This document shows, in pieces, positions 62,176 to 62,646 of a DNA stretch of 62,646 nucleotides. Source of the stretch: Halocafeteria seosinensis (lineage: Eukaryota); the NCBI GenBank assembly GCA_001687465.1, contig LVLI01000873.1, positions 1 to 62,646 on the forward strand, written 5' to 3'. The notes beneath the pieces are model-generated. The model was given only the letters and a program-made list of their open reading frames with translations, was not told where the DNA came from and made no database searches. Each line of letters begins with the position of its first letter. The first letter of the stretch is position 1. Made by a program: the position numbers and the translations under genes.

Positions 62176-62646
62176 ATATATTGGGCTCTGTAGCATGTAT
62201 TGCTGGACGATATGTGGAATATAAAACGGTATATAAGTGGAAACTATCTAGACACCCTTTTTACATTTCAGGAGAATGCAGAAGACTTCGTTGCGTACAG
62301 TAATTCCTTAGCCGTTTATTGAAATGCGCAACATGCAACTCAAGCATTGGAAGAAGGCGGATACAGAAAGTGCAATTCAATAGGAGGGTAATAGTGCTTG
62401 CCTTACCGGTGCGTCGAAACTTTGAGAGTTTCGTTCATTTCAGATCTCAGTCCGAGGGAGGTCTCCTGTTACGATCTCATGGCTCACTGTTTTCGGTCGG
62501 TTGTATCATCTGAAGCAAACAGGGACATAAAACGCATGTCCTGGTCGCAGACAACATAGACATAAGCGAAGAGGAATGGAGCCCTATTATCCCTACCCAA
62601 AACAATAGTACGACCATTGGCAGTCACAGATATCATAATTCTGGGG

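Overview
Gene-dense, intron-containing eukaryotic nuclear DNA. It is probably a protist, but the lineage cannot be fixed from this window. Most introns are ~55-110 nt GT-AG, so most real genes are split across several entries of the ORF track. By manual splicing I support 22 protein-coding genes: COX6B, tubby-like, BOP1/ERB1, an ankyrin protein, selenoprotein K, a divergent VPS26-like protein, 2-oxoglutarate dehydrogenase E1, GCP3, CHMP3/VPS24, a membrane RING-H2 E3, a CCR4/angel-like EEP enzyme, a triple-PH protein, a ~2000 aa putative F-BAR + Munc13-homology protein, PRP39, a TPR-DUSP-MYND-USP deubiquitinase, G3BP-like, a TPR protein, GTP cyclohydrolase I, PH-RCC1, EEF2KMT, beta-hexosaminidase and ABCE1. 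The clearest hidden signal is a 3-exon SelK gene with an in-frame UGA (Sec) and a type II SECIS in its 3' UTR. Other items worth checking are unusual domain architectures, a concentration of membrane-trafficking genes, and two hairpin-rich non-coding elements flanking ABCE1 exon 1. I saw no rRNA, tRNA, CRISPR array or transposase. All family calls come from motif recognition by eye; no database searches were run.
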